44,320 bases of DNA from Psammoneis japonica (GCA_008632985.1 QPGO01000104.1:248001-292320), one strand, 5' to 3'; positions 11,413 through 23,249 are shown, numbered from the stretch's first letter. The notes: generated from the letters alone by a model not told the origin. A program made the numbers and translations.

Positions 11413-12348
11413 GACGGAGGACGGTGCAGTAGAAACAAAAGACAGGAGCCAATCTAGAGCGCGATCTTGACTCGGAGTTTTGACTTGGAACTTGGCTTGA
11501 AAAAGACTTGACTTGAAATCTTGAACCATCTTAAAATCAGAAGTTGCCGGGCTGTGGCATCCCGTTCGTTGTCAAGTGCCAAACTTCCCATCCGGTCCGT
11601 GGAGTTGTGCCGGCACGTCCGAACCCACAGCCAGCGGCACTTTGGGTTGCTTGCGAGCGGAGCAGCGGGTTGTAAACCCCTGCAGGCAAGCTGACCAGAG
11701 GTGGACAAGACCCCCGAACCGTTCTCATTTTGCATCGTTTGGATTTCCCGATCAGGCTGGCCAGTTGACACAGGCGTCAGGCGCTGTGGACGAACGAACA
11801 AACGCGGGAAAACACCCTTTGCCCCAACGCAGGCTGCAATCATGGCTGCTTGCTCTCACAGTCTTCCTCGTGGACCCAGTGGAATTGCAGAGCACCAGCA
11901 GTCCGGGGCAGATCAGGTGCAACAGACTCGGCGTGCTTGTAGAGTGGCAGCAAAGCCGCAGTCCAAAGAGTGGGTTCAAGTCCCAGGCCGTGAAGACATG
12001 TGTGCACATGTCTTCAGCGACGAAGATCCTTGAATGTGCAGGGTTCTTGACCGTTAACCATTGAATGGGTGTGTGAAGGGATGAGGATCAAGGACAGACT
12101 TGGATGCAACCGTTGAATGCATGTCTACAGTGAAAAAGGCAGTGTGATCAATCCAGACATCCAGCGGCAAGGAGACTTGATGGTGACATTAAATTCCTGC
12201 CGATGCCTGGTGTTGAATGCAACACAGACTTGCCGATGTGTGTAGAACACACACGGAGGTCCACGCAGAATTGAGGTGGCGTCATCGGCAAATCAACGAC
12301 AACAATGGCGGTTGCTCAATGGGTTGACAATGAGCAAGACTGTCAATC

Positions 12349-12626
12349 TGACAGAAATTGAAGGCAAATGGCAAGAATTCAAACAACAACTCCTTGCTGC
12401 TGTCCAAACAGCAGATGAGTTTCCACTCAGAGACCATCGCAGGAGCTGAAAGACGTGCAAGTCGGTGCAATTGGGCTGCTGTTGTTGTTCTTGTGAGCCG
12501 TGTGGCTCGAAAGCAAACTGCATCGCGCGCGTGCGCGCGGAGCCAAAGAGCACACAAAACTGTGCGCGGTGAACTAAACAGCGCGCGACATTTCGCGTGC
12601 ACCCAAATCCTGTTCAAATCCTGTCA
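12349..12626 (-). repeat. 5' LTR of Copia element
   Basis: Matches 9092-9369. Confidence 0.92.
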
Positions 12627-12983
12627 ACAAATGTGGACACATGCAAACAAATGAAAAAGGTGAGATCCCAATGAGCGGCCATGTTGTTCAATCAGCAAGG
12701 GGTTCACCCAACAAATGAAGATGTTCACGCAATGGGCCGGCTCAGTGCAGGGGACAATGACCTGTGATTCATGGTGCCACCTTTTTTGCCCCTCGTCAGT
12801 GTGCAAGCGCACATGGTGACATGCAGCAGGCTGCCTTTGATGTTGATGGGGATGATGTGGCCATCAATGATGGTGATCTGTTGCAGGCCATTGGAAGCCT
12901 CAATCAACCAGTCATTGACATCATGCTTGCACTGCTTGAGCTGGCTGCAAGTGCAACACACAGCCACCAATGAGAGTTGGTGT

Positions 12984-13400
12984 ATCACGGTTGACGTGTC
13001 ACAGCCTTTAAATGTCACAAAGGGCGTGACAAAAATGACCTTTTGTCTGCATGCATGCTGCACTGTGAATTCACAGCGGAGTGGTTCATCGCAACCATTG
13101 GGCAGGAGGCCAGGGGTTCGAAACCCTGAGTGGGAGTTGTCTGCAGCAACGTTGATCACTGTCGAATGCACAAAACTCTGTGCAGTTCTGCATGTTCCTT
13201 CGTACGCACCCACACTGTTCCACCAAAACCGTGCAGTGTCAGCACACGTCAGCAAAGAGCCGCATGGACGCGTGGCACATGGGGAGGAGTGCAACACACA
13301 GCCACTGACAAGAGCCAATGCATCACGGCGACGTGTTGCAGCCTTTAAATGTCACAAAGGGCGTGACAAAAACAACCTTTTGTCTGCATGCATGCTGCAC
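12984..13400. repeat. Two copies of an ~80-bp direct repeat (about 12984-13063 and 13322-13400)
   Basis: Shared CAGCCTTTAAATGTCACAAAGGGCGTGACAAAAA..CCTTTTGTCTGCATGCATGCTGCAC. Confidence 0.85.
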
Positions 13401-13604
13401 AAGAGCACATGGATTTGCCCTTTCCAGCGCAGGCAAGCTGGCAACAAATGGCAATGACAGGTCCGTGTTGCATGTGAGTGACACTGTCAGCAGTGGCAAC
13501 AGGAGCATCAATGAGCTGGTGGCTGTCGATGCCTTGCATGTCAACCTGTCAATCACCATGATCCGCTGGAGCACCATCATGGCTGACACTCTGCATCCTT
13601 CATG

Positions 13605-13665
13605 ACTTTGTGCCCTTTCCCATTTTGTGCCCTCAGCCATTTTGTGCTCTTTGTGGTTTTGTGTC
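13605..13665. repeat. Short degenerate patch of the 17-bp TTTTGYRCCC satellite
   Basis: TTTGTGCCCTTTCCCATTTTGTGCCCTCAGCCATTTTGTGCTCTTTGTG; same units as the arrays at 33 kb and 40 kb. Confidence 0.7.
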
Positions 13666-13841
13666 CTTGTTGTGTTCAAGCCCCAGGGTGATGCACAAAA
13701 CAACGATCAATTTTGAGTGCAAATTGTGCATCTCTTGTACACAGAGCATTTGCACAATTGCAAAACACTCAAGTGGATGTGCTTTTGCTAGTGTGCAGAG
13801 CATGAACATTTGGTTGTTTTTTTGTTGGCATCACAGGAAAC

Positions 13842-15393
13842 GAGAACAACCCAACCTGCCAAATGTTGGGGGGCACTTTGGTCAGAAATGCTCTGGCATG
13901 ATTGGAGAGTGGTTTTCTCCCCCAAGACGTGCCATCCTGGGTGTCTGCATGTTGGGGGTGCTGCATGTTGGGTGAGCTCAATTTCTGCTCCCCCAACATG
14001 TCACCCCACAGCAGCACCTCCTTTCCCACCATGTCAGCATGACTTTTCCACTCAACAGTGTTTCATCATCATTGTTCTTCTTGCCCCAAGTTCCTCGTGA
14101 TGTCACCTCATGGTCACAGATGTCCACATCACCGATGACGTGTCCTTCTCACATTGTCACCATGGCGGTGATGTTGGCCTGAGCAGCCTTCATCCTTTTT
14201 TTGTCAACACACACTCATCATTGGCTGTTGTCAGTCAGACATTTCCTTTCAAGCTGCAGACCCTGTGTCACTCTCCTGCGGTTTGTGTGGCAGTTGTCAC
14301 AACTGATTTGCTTGAATGCCCTCATTGCCATCAAATTGCTCTTCAAATCTCATTTGACAAGTGCCCATGCAAATGGGCGGTGACCCTCCAGTGCCCTTCA
14401 TGCAGTGCCTGCTGGGATGTTGTTCGCAAAGATTGTCCTCAGTGCAAAGACCGCATTCTCAGTTTTTCGGAAGCCAGCTGCCATGACCAATGATGCAGAT
14501 TTTTATTCTGTGGCCATCCCTGACAAAATGATGTCACCACTTTTGCAGCAGATGATTCTGTCATGTCTGCGTGCCTTTTTGGTGCAGACCTGCCTTTGAC
14601 CAACATGTTTGAAGAAGCCGACCAGTTTGCCGCCCCTCCAGATGTTTCCACAGATTTGGCCAATCTGTCCCACGCCAAAATCACTGATCAGTTGCTCTCT
14701 GTTGATGCACTTGTTCTGATCCTTTTTTTGCCTCCAACAATTGGGCAGCAAAAAATGTCACCTGCTTGCCAAGAAATTGTTTGACAATGCACAATTTGCA
14801 GAAAAAGTGTCAGACAAGGACGCTGACATTCACTTGTTGCTGGGCAAGTCAGTGTTGTCCCTGTCCCCTGTCTGAGCCACAGCAGCACATGTTGCTGGAC
14901 TTGTTCAGACGGTTGGTTGGAACCCACCTTGCTGGCAGGGGAAGGAAACAAGAGCCTGGATCACTTTTGGTTTGTTCTGCCCACAACACCCACACATGTT
15001 TGCAACACATGTTTGGAAGGGTTGCATTTGCTTGAGAAGATGGTGCCCTTGGTGCCAGTGCAAACACTCGGCTCTGGCGAAAACACAAACTCCCGCTGCA
15101 GTGTGATTGACTTGTTGTGCAACTTTTTAGCATTTGGAGCTGGCCTGGAAAATCTGTGTGAAGCCGCTGACGAAAATGGTTTGTTTCAAGAAAATCAGCT
15201 GGTTTTCCATGCAAGACAGTGTTGTTGGGTTAAGGAAATTTATGACGCCTCCATTTCAATTTGGAACAATGATGAACAAACTGATTGTTCATTGCTTTTC
15301 ACAGCTTTTGAAACCTTTTCTGATGATTTTGGCCCTGCCGCGCGAGCCTTGCATAACATCCAATGTCAATGGCACTTGGGCTTGCCACATTGG
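13842..15393. repeat. Duplicated segment A, copy 1 (about 1.55 kb; other copy 27707-29291)
   Basis: Collinear match from CAACCCAACCTGCCAAATGTTGGGGG to GTCAATGGCACTTGGGCTTGCCA..TTGGGTTT, with small indels. Confidence 0.92.
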
Positions 15394-16144
15394 GTTTCTT
15401 TGCCAACCACATCATGTGGACCTTTGTTCCCTGATGACTCAAGTGTGACCACAACCAACATTGGCGAGTTCAGCAACTGCTTTCTCATTGTGCTTGGGCC
15501 CAAAGGTGCAAATCATGACCCGGTTGTGTCTGAGGTTGAAAGGGAAATTCACCTTCTCCAATCTGGGCAGGTGCCACCCATTTTTGTTGGCAGCGCTGGC
15601 AAATCAAGGAAACCCATCACAGACGTCTGGTTGTGATCTGGAGACCAGCCAGAAAAACAAGCAATCACTGGAATGAAACTTGGCATGAAAACCAACCATG
15701 CATTGTTCGGCCATGTGTTGAACATCAAGAAAGTTGGTTGTTGTCTTGCGTCTTGCGTCTTGCACTCACTGTCGCAAACGCATTGAAGAACCCTCATCAA
15801 TGGCTTTCAAACAATTGCAAACTTGACATGTTCATTTGGATTGTGTGCCAACCAGTCTGTTGATGCTTCCAGTCCATTGCTGCACACCCCCCCTCCTGCC
15901 AACTTTCCACTCAGCAAACTTGGCGGCAAATCGTTCTCCCTCCTTTCAAATGGAATCAAACAGCAACTGTGCAGTCATTGGTTTTGCACGGGAATCATGT
16001 GGAATGTACGAGCTGAATGGTCATTGTGACTTTTTGTCATGCAGAAGCCACGTGAAATCACAGCACACCATTTCACTGGTGGTGCATGAATGATGACCGA
16101 AAAAACCAGTCACGCGACACACTTGCCGTGTCATGAGAATCAGC

Positions 16145-16329
16145 TGAATGAGACAGGCACATGTGCTCTGTGTCCAAGTGTGCCCTCTCTGACACATGTG
16201 TGTCAACTGATGCACTGGACATTCAAGAAGCCGTTGGGAGTCAGTTCCAATCAGCGATTGTGCTGATCAGGTCTCTTCTCGGTTCTCTCACAACCTGTTT
16301 TATCAAGTCATCCCAAGCTGGATCTTGCA
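16145..16329 (+). repeat. 5' LTR of gypsy element
   Basis: Aligns without gaps to 21948-22132; ends GATCTTGCA. Confidence 0.92.
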
Positions 16330-16634
16330 CTGCAATTGCAGTCATTGTCACAGCTTGCTTGTTGCATCATCTGTTTCATGACAATGTGTGGAGTGCTGTC
16401 GAAAAGAGAGAAAGCTTGTTTGCGTGCTTGTGCAGAAAATTTCATTAGAAATCAATTGGAGCCTCAGCGCAATCATGCTGGTGAAATTGGCGATTCAGAG
16501 CAGCGTTTGTTTGAACTTGAAGCTCGTGTCACTGCGCTTGAATTTGTCATTGTTTGGTTGTTGATTGTTCTCATTGTGTGGATCAATTGGGAATGCATTG
16601 TTTCATTTGCTGTGTGGATTGTTGATTCTTTGAT

Positions 16635-17855
16635 CGCTGAAATTGTTCATCATCATGTGTCAAGAAGCCTTGAAGAAAGCGTGCATTGAGTGTAAAACCA
16701 CATTCTTGGACTCGGAATTGCCTGAAGTGAAACTCACTCAAACTTTCGACAGTGGAACTAAACTGTCAGAGATGTGTCCCATTTTTACAGGAGAACATAG
16801 AATTGAGTCATTGTTGCATGTGGAGGACCGTTTCTGGAAGGCAGCAAGACAGTTGGATCATGACACCGGAACAGAACTCTTCGATGCTTTTGAGGATTGC
16901 TTGCAAGGCACTGCGGAGGCAAAATGGCAGAACATCATGGCAGGCATTCCACAGAATCAAAGGATGCAGCTCGGTTCAATCAGCCATCACAGATTGCTGC
17001 CAGTGCTGTGTGAAGCCGACAGCTTGTGATGCGATGAAGATGCACTTGCCTGCTTGCAAGAAACCTTGCTCCGTGGAATCTGCAACACATGTTGATCGCG
17101 TGGAAACTTCATTTCGCTGTGCCAACCATTTGCCTGGAACCGTCCCTGAACTCACAGAGCAGGAACAGAAAAACATTGTCTTCTGCACCTTTCCTTTGAC
17201 ATGGCAGCAGCCCCACATTCGTGCGGGCAAGAATCTTGTTGCAGATTCAAAGGCGGACATTCAAGCCTGCATGAGCAATGAGAAGGTGTTTGCCGATTGT
17301 CAAGATGACAAGAGATGCAAGTCCAATGATGGCAATGGAGGGAACTCCAGCAACAAAAAGGGCAACCATGACAAGAAGGATGCTGAGGGTCAACCCCAGG
17401 CTGGTGATCCGTGTCCGGTCCCATGGCACAATGGAAGACATGCATGGGGCCAGTGTTGTGATGATCCAAATGACCCCAATTGTCGTGGACCTCACTTCCA
17501 AGGAGGCCATGGTCCTGGCCGTGGTGGAGGTGGATGCTTTGGCGGTTGTGGTGACCAAAACCAAGGAGGTCGCAGCACCTGTTGTGACAATTGCAACAAC
17601 AATGACAATGGGAATCAAAATGACAATGGCAACCAAGGTGGTGGTGGTCAACATTGTTGCAATGACAACAACAATCGTGGTGGCCAAGGTCAGGCCTGCT
17701 GCTGTGCTGCTCAAGCAGACAACATGAATTTCAGCCAGGCTCGAGAAGCTCCTCGTGGTGAGATGCACCATTTCAATGTGATTGGACAAGGTCCTCCACG
17801 TTCCGGAGGTGTGGTGAGGTTTCAGCCAGATGGGCAGTTTCCTTGGCAGTTCTGA
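16635..17855 (+). pseudogene. Gypsy gag (frameshifted near 16975)
   Basis: Two overlapping ORFs (16643-17029, 16752-17855) with ELFDAFEDCLQGTAEAKW, LTEQEQKNIVF..FP..WQ, a knuckle-like CPVPWHNGRHAWGQC and a G/N-rich tail; lies between the LTR and the protease. Confidence 0.8.
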
Positions 17856-17879
17856 GAAGAAGGAGCTGAATGCTCCCAA

Positions 17880-20800
17880 TTGCCTGCATGTGAAGCATTT
17901 GTTGAAGATGATTGTGCTGTGCCTGAAAATTTGCCTGAAAGTTTTGCCTTTGATTGTTTTGAAAATCCCAACGAACTGTTGCCTGTCAAATTTGAAGACA
18001 CTGCAGAAAATTGCATGAATGAAGAGGGGGACGTGTTTGATCAAGATGCATTTGAGCACAATGTTCCTCTCCCCAAAATGGGTTTGCAAGTCTCGCGTGC
18101 CATGTTGGTCCCATCAACTCTGTCAGTTGCCAAATTGACCCAACGGCATGAGTCGAATCGCATGATGCATGTGCCATTTGATTCTGGTGGATCTCACACT
18201 GTGATCTCTTCTCAAGTTTTGCCTCATGGAGCTGCGCCATCCATTGATGGGCAAGGAGCACAAGCTTTCCAAACCATTGCAGGTCCTTTCCAGTCGGGTC
18301 ATTGGGTGGCTCTAAGTGACATTGCACTGCCCGAATTCAACAAGACCAGAAGAGTTGACGGTTGTGTGGCTCATGTGTTTGATGCTCCGTGTGCGCATGA
18401 TGTCATTTTGGGTCAAGATTTCCCAGACAAAATTGGACTCCATTTGAACCATGACACAAGAACGCTGCGTTGGTTGGACCGCATCATTCCAATGAAGGAG
18501 CCTCATCATTGGTCCAAGTCCTGCAACTGGTGTGTTGCACTGGACCAAATGGATGAATTCGATGAAGATTGCAAGGACGAATGGAGCTGCGGATGTGACG
18601 ATGGACATGATGGCCACATGTTGGATGCCAAGCATGAAGCAACAGATCCTGCGGAAGTGGTCCGCAACCTGGATCACCTGATGGAAGAACAAAAGAAGAA
18701 ACTGTTGGCGGTGTTGGAAAAATGCTCAACCTTGTTTGACGGAACTTTGGGTCACTGTCCTCATGAAAAGGTGCACCTGGAGGTGGAAGAAAATGCTGTG
18801 CCCTGTCACTCAAAACCTTTTCCTGTTGCTCGTGTCAACGAGGAAGACGCGTTCAGGTCCAGGTGGGACCTTGCGCTGCTGAACTGTGACATCAACAGTT
18901 TTTTGAATCACGTCGTATGTTGCGCACGTAGATTTCTACGTGATTTTTTCGATGTTTTGTGTCATTTTACGGTGCACTCATTGAGCAATCCGTCCAACAA
19001 CTTTTGACATTTTTTGTTGCAGTGCAATTCTGTGGTGTCCTAAGAATCGTGCAGGGCAGGCGCATTTGCAAAAGCATCAAGTGGCAAGAGGCACAATTTC
19101 ACCACAAACTTGGCCGTTTGTTTGATGTTGAAGACAAACACATCCATTGGTTAAATTCTTGCACTGCGGAGCTCGCATGCAGAATTCTGTGGGCCCAATG
19201 TCACACGGAGTTCCACCTGGGACTGGAACCCATTGGAAGCATTTAAAAAGGAACTGAAGCATTTGGTGGACCTGGGAGTGTTGCGACCATGTGGACCTGC
19301 GGAATGGGCAGCTGGTGCCTTCATTGCTCCAAAGAAGGACGGCCAAGTGCATTGGGCATCTGATTTCCGTGAACTGAATGAGGCACTCAAGCAAAAAAGT
19401 CCACCCTTTTCCGGTTGTCCAAGATGCACTGCAGCGGAGAGCGGGGCACAAGTTCTTCACCAAACTCAACCTTGCTGTGTTCTGCTGCAACTTGGAATTG
19501 GACGATGAAAGCAAGGAGCTGGCAACAATTGCAACCCCGCACGGAAAGTTCCAATGCTGTCGCATGGCCATGGGATTGAAGCCAGCTCCAGATGTTGCTC
19601 AGTCTGTCATTGAAAAGATTTTGCATGGTTTGGACGTTGAAACTTGTGTTGATGACATTGGCGCCTTTGACGCTGACTTTGGCTGCCATCTCTCTCATCT
19701 TGACAAAGTGTTGCATCATCTGGAAGAGAATGGATTGAAGGTGAACCCATTGAAATGCAAGTGGTGTGTCCAAGAGATGGATTTCTGGGGCATTGGCTCA
19801 CTCCAACTGGTGTCAAACCATGGAAGAAAAAGGTCAAAGCGATTCTGCGAATGCAACCTCCACGGAACACCACGCAACTTCGCTCCTTTTTGGGTGCAGT
19901 GACCTGTTGTCGCAACATGTGGCCTCGTCGTTCTCACTTGCTTGCGCCTTCAATGGAATTGACAGGCAAAAGCCAGCTCCATTGGTCAGCGGCATGTCAG
20001 AAAGCATTTGAAGAAATGAAGGCAGTGATCACAGCGGAAGCTCTCCTGGCCCATCCAACCACAACCTGCTGTCCATGTGTGTGCCGATGCATCAGACTGT
20101 CAGATGGGTGCAGCCATTGTCCAAGATGGCAAACCTGTGGCGCACTGGTCCAAGAAGCTCTCAGCAGCTCAATGCAACTGTTCAACGATGGAAAAAGAAC
20201 TCCTGGTGGTCATCATGTGCTTCAAAGAATTTTGCACGATGTTGCTCGGTGCTGACATTGCTGTTCATGCTGACCATGAAATCTCACCTTTGCACTTTGA
20301 ATGCACAGCGCGTCCTTCGTTGGCATCCATTCCTTGAAGATTTCGTGCCCACCTTTGAACACATTGAAGGCAAGAACAACATGCTGGCCAATTGTTTTTC
20401 TCGACTCCCACGCATGGATCCACCTTCGGAGGGGAAGAGCCTTGGGCCAAGCAGCAAATGCAAAGGAAAAATCATTCATTTTGAAAAGTTGGGCAGCAGT
20501 GAATTGAGCAAGGCTGAGGAAGAAGAAGATTTGGAGTTGGGCACTTGCAGGTTCAAGTTTTGCCATGCTCCTGTCAATCCTTCTGATGAGTCTCATGCTT
20601 TGTCTTCTCTGCTTGATGAACCTGAATTGTTTGAATGCTCTTTGGACTGTCCGACATTGGACGAGATGCCAAATCCCACCGAGATGTTGCGGACACAACA
20701 GCTCCAGTTTGAGGACCAGCAACTGATCAACAGAGACAACAGAACCCACAGCAATTCGTGGTCAAGATTGTGAACCAGCGTCCTCTCATGTGTTGTCGTT

Positions 20801-21830
20801 TGCATTTGAATGATCTGCCTGGAGCATGGAAAATTTGCACTCCGACTGCATTGTTGCCTGATGTGCTCATGTGGTGTCATCGTGTGTTGGGCCATTGTGG
20901 AGTTGTTTGTTTCTACGAGAGCATTCGCACTCACATGCATCACCCTGCATTGCTTGGCATTGTAATGAGCTTGCATGCGACGCCTGTCAACATTTCAAAC
21001 AACTCGGTCCAGGACATGGAGAATTGCCTGAACGCCAAGCACCATCAGCTCCGTGGTCGGAAGCAGCAGTTGACCTTGTTGGACCGTGGAAAATGCCGAT
21101 TCAAGATCAAGAAATTGAACTCAGCACCCATGCTTGCATTGATGCTGTTGCTGGCCTGACTGAACTCACACATGTTGACAACAAAACTTCTCAACATGTT
21201 GCCAACAAGTTCCGCAACCTTTGGTTGGCTCGTTGTCCCAGACCAAATCGATGTGTCCATGACAACGGCAGTGAATTCATTGGTTGGGAATTTCAAATGC
21301 CATTGAACCAGGCTGGTGTTGAAGATGCTCCGACGACCTCATGGAATCCCACAGCCAACTCGATTTGTGAATGAATGCACCAAACGGCAGCTGACATTTT
21401 GCGAACTGTGGTTGCTGCCAACCCACCTTTGAACATTCAACAGGCCAAGCAGATGGTGGATGATGCCCTTGCTGCAGCCTCCTTTGCATTGCAATGCTCT
21501 CACTCAAGGTCCATGGGTGTGTCCAGTGGAGCGTTGGCATTCCAACAAGACATGATTTTGGATCCACCTGTTCTCTCCGATCTTGCTGCTGTTTGAGCCA
21601 ACCGTCAAGTGCTTGTCAACAAAAACCTGCAACGACAAAACGCAAAATGCCATTCTTGTGATTGTTCAGTGGGACAAGATGTGTCAATCAAGTCCGTGGA
21701 TCCAGCGAAGCCAGAAGCTAGAGCTCATGGTCTGTTTCGAATTGTGCAAGTCCATGCCAATGGGACAGTTTCGGCACTGTGAGCACCACACATCATTGAG
21801 CGGATTGATGTTTGTTGCGTGGTGCCGCGC
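17880..21830 (+). pseudogene. Gypsy pol (protease-RT-RNase H-integrase), frameshifted and interrupted by an insertion
   Basis: FDSGGSHT, DVILGQDF, FIAPKKDGQVHWASDFRELN, RMAMGLKPAPD, CVDD (YxDD position), [56 protein letters not shown]. Confidence 0.95.
18847..19234. mobile_element. 388-bp MITE-like insertion in gypsy pol
   Basis: Flanked by direct repeat GGAAG (18842-18846, 19235-19239). Imperfect TIRs: GTTCAGGTCCAGGTGGGAC versus the reverse complement of the right end, GTTCCAGTCCCAGGTGGAAC. Removal restores PFPVARVNEEAFKKELKHL. Confidence 0.9.
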
Positions 21831-21947
21831 CGGAGTTGAGGGTTTCTTCCCAACGTCTGGGTTCCCTTCTCCATGTGCATTGGAGTTTAAATTTGAGTCA
21901 AGTGGTTCCAATGGTGCACATGATTCTTGCACCATTGAGGGGAAGAG

Positions 21948-22132
21948 CAAATGAGATGGGCACATGTGCTCTGTGTCCGAGTGTGCCCTCTCTGATGCGT
22001 GCATGTCAACCAACACATGAGATGTTCAAGAAGCAGTTAGAAGTTAGCTCCGATCAGTGACTGTGCTGATCGGGTCTCTTCTCAGTTCTCTCACAACCTG
22101 TTTTGTCAAGTCATCCCAAGCCAGATCTTGCA
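21948..22132 (+). repeat. 3' LTR of gypsy element
   Basis: Follows the PPT; matches 16145-16329. Confidence 0.92.
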
Positions 22133-23249
22133 TCAGTGAGCAATTGACATGGTGACCGGAGCCGTGGCTGATTCCGGAATGAGAACACGGCAACCGTGGT
22201 GATTCTAGAAATCACCATGGTTGAAGTTTGCCAGCACAAAACATGCACAGGAATTGTGTTGGGCGGAGCCAAGAGTGACGATTGCGGTTGGCACCGGCAG
22301 CACCGCATTGTCTCGAGTGCAAACCAATGATGCCGATTCAGCAGGCAACCGGCTGAGTGTGACAACAACATGTGCTGGAGTGCAATGGAAGAGACATCTC
22401 TCCCATGACAGCTTGCAGCTGCACAGTCATTGAAGAGACAGACCAACATTTAACAGAACACTCACTTGCATTTAAAATCACATTTGCACACACAAGTTCA
22501 CACCATTTGCATTTCTGTTGAACAAGAAAATAAATTCCCTTGACAAAAACAATTCCTGCACTGTTGCTGTTTGATTCCTTGCGCAATCCGCACTTGCCGG
22601 CTCAATGGAGTCATCTCTCCCACACTCGCACACTCACCTCAGGTCGTTTGATTTCTCGTCTCGTGTTGACTGCATCTCCAAAAGCCTTGAAATCAAACTC
22701 CCCTCGGTTCATGTTGGACTCGTGCTTGTTCTCAATTCCTCACGGAATCACACGAAATCCAGCATGATTTCCGTGTGATTCTATGGCTCCAACTTCGCAC
22801 TGAAAGACCCCATCATAAAAACACATGCAAAATGAATGTTCAAGATAAATTTTCTGCTGACTGAAAAATCGGCTTCATTCTCTCCGTCATTTCACTCATC
22901 AATCAACCCGAAACAATGCAACAACAAGCAGCAGATGATGAGCAAAGAGCACAATTGCCGAGAGACTAAAATGCCACCGCAGTCACACTGTGGCAACAAG
23001 GCAAGTGCAGGCAGAAGAAGATCACACATTCTTCAGTGCTGCAAATTGAATGTCAGTGGACACAAGAGGACAAAATTTTGTGAGAGAACTTGTTTGCATT
23101 GACGCCAATCCTGCTGCTGACACTCCTTCTTTTTAACTCCTCGCATTGTTTCAGGAGAACAGTTTTTAACAGAGCTGCAGCTTCCTGGTTGGAGCCCTTG
23201 GGTGTGAAACTTAAGATCAACTCTGAACTCAAACACTTTTTTTTGTGAA

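Larger units (their letters stand above)
9092..12626 (-). mobile_element. Internally deleted, non-autonomous Ty1/Copia (diatom CoDi-like) LTR retrotransposon, about 3.5 kb
   Basis: Direct 278-bp LTRs at 9092-9369 and 12349-12626, each TGACAG...CTGTCA. Flanks ACAAG/ACAAA (5-bp TSD, one mismatch). CTCCCC next to the left LTR is a polypurine tract on the minus strand. Gag-like and pol-linker remnants on minus; no RT motif seen. Confidence 0.9.
16145..22132 (+). mobile_element. Full-length but degenerate Ty3/gypsy LTR retrotransposon, about 6.0 kb
   Basis: About 185-bp LTRs at 16145-16329 and 21948-22132; TSD TCAGC/TCAGT; PPT AGGGGAAGAG at 21938-21947. Domain order is gag, protease (FDSGGSHT), RT, RNase H, integrase. 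Confidence 0.95.

Noticed and set aside
15050..15120. Ulp1-like QxNxxDCG motif on the minus strand of segment A
   Set aside because: Reads QQVNHTA(A/I)GVC in the two copies; the catalytic DC is missing and not explained by TA/CG changes.
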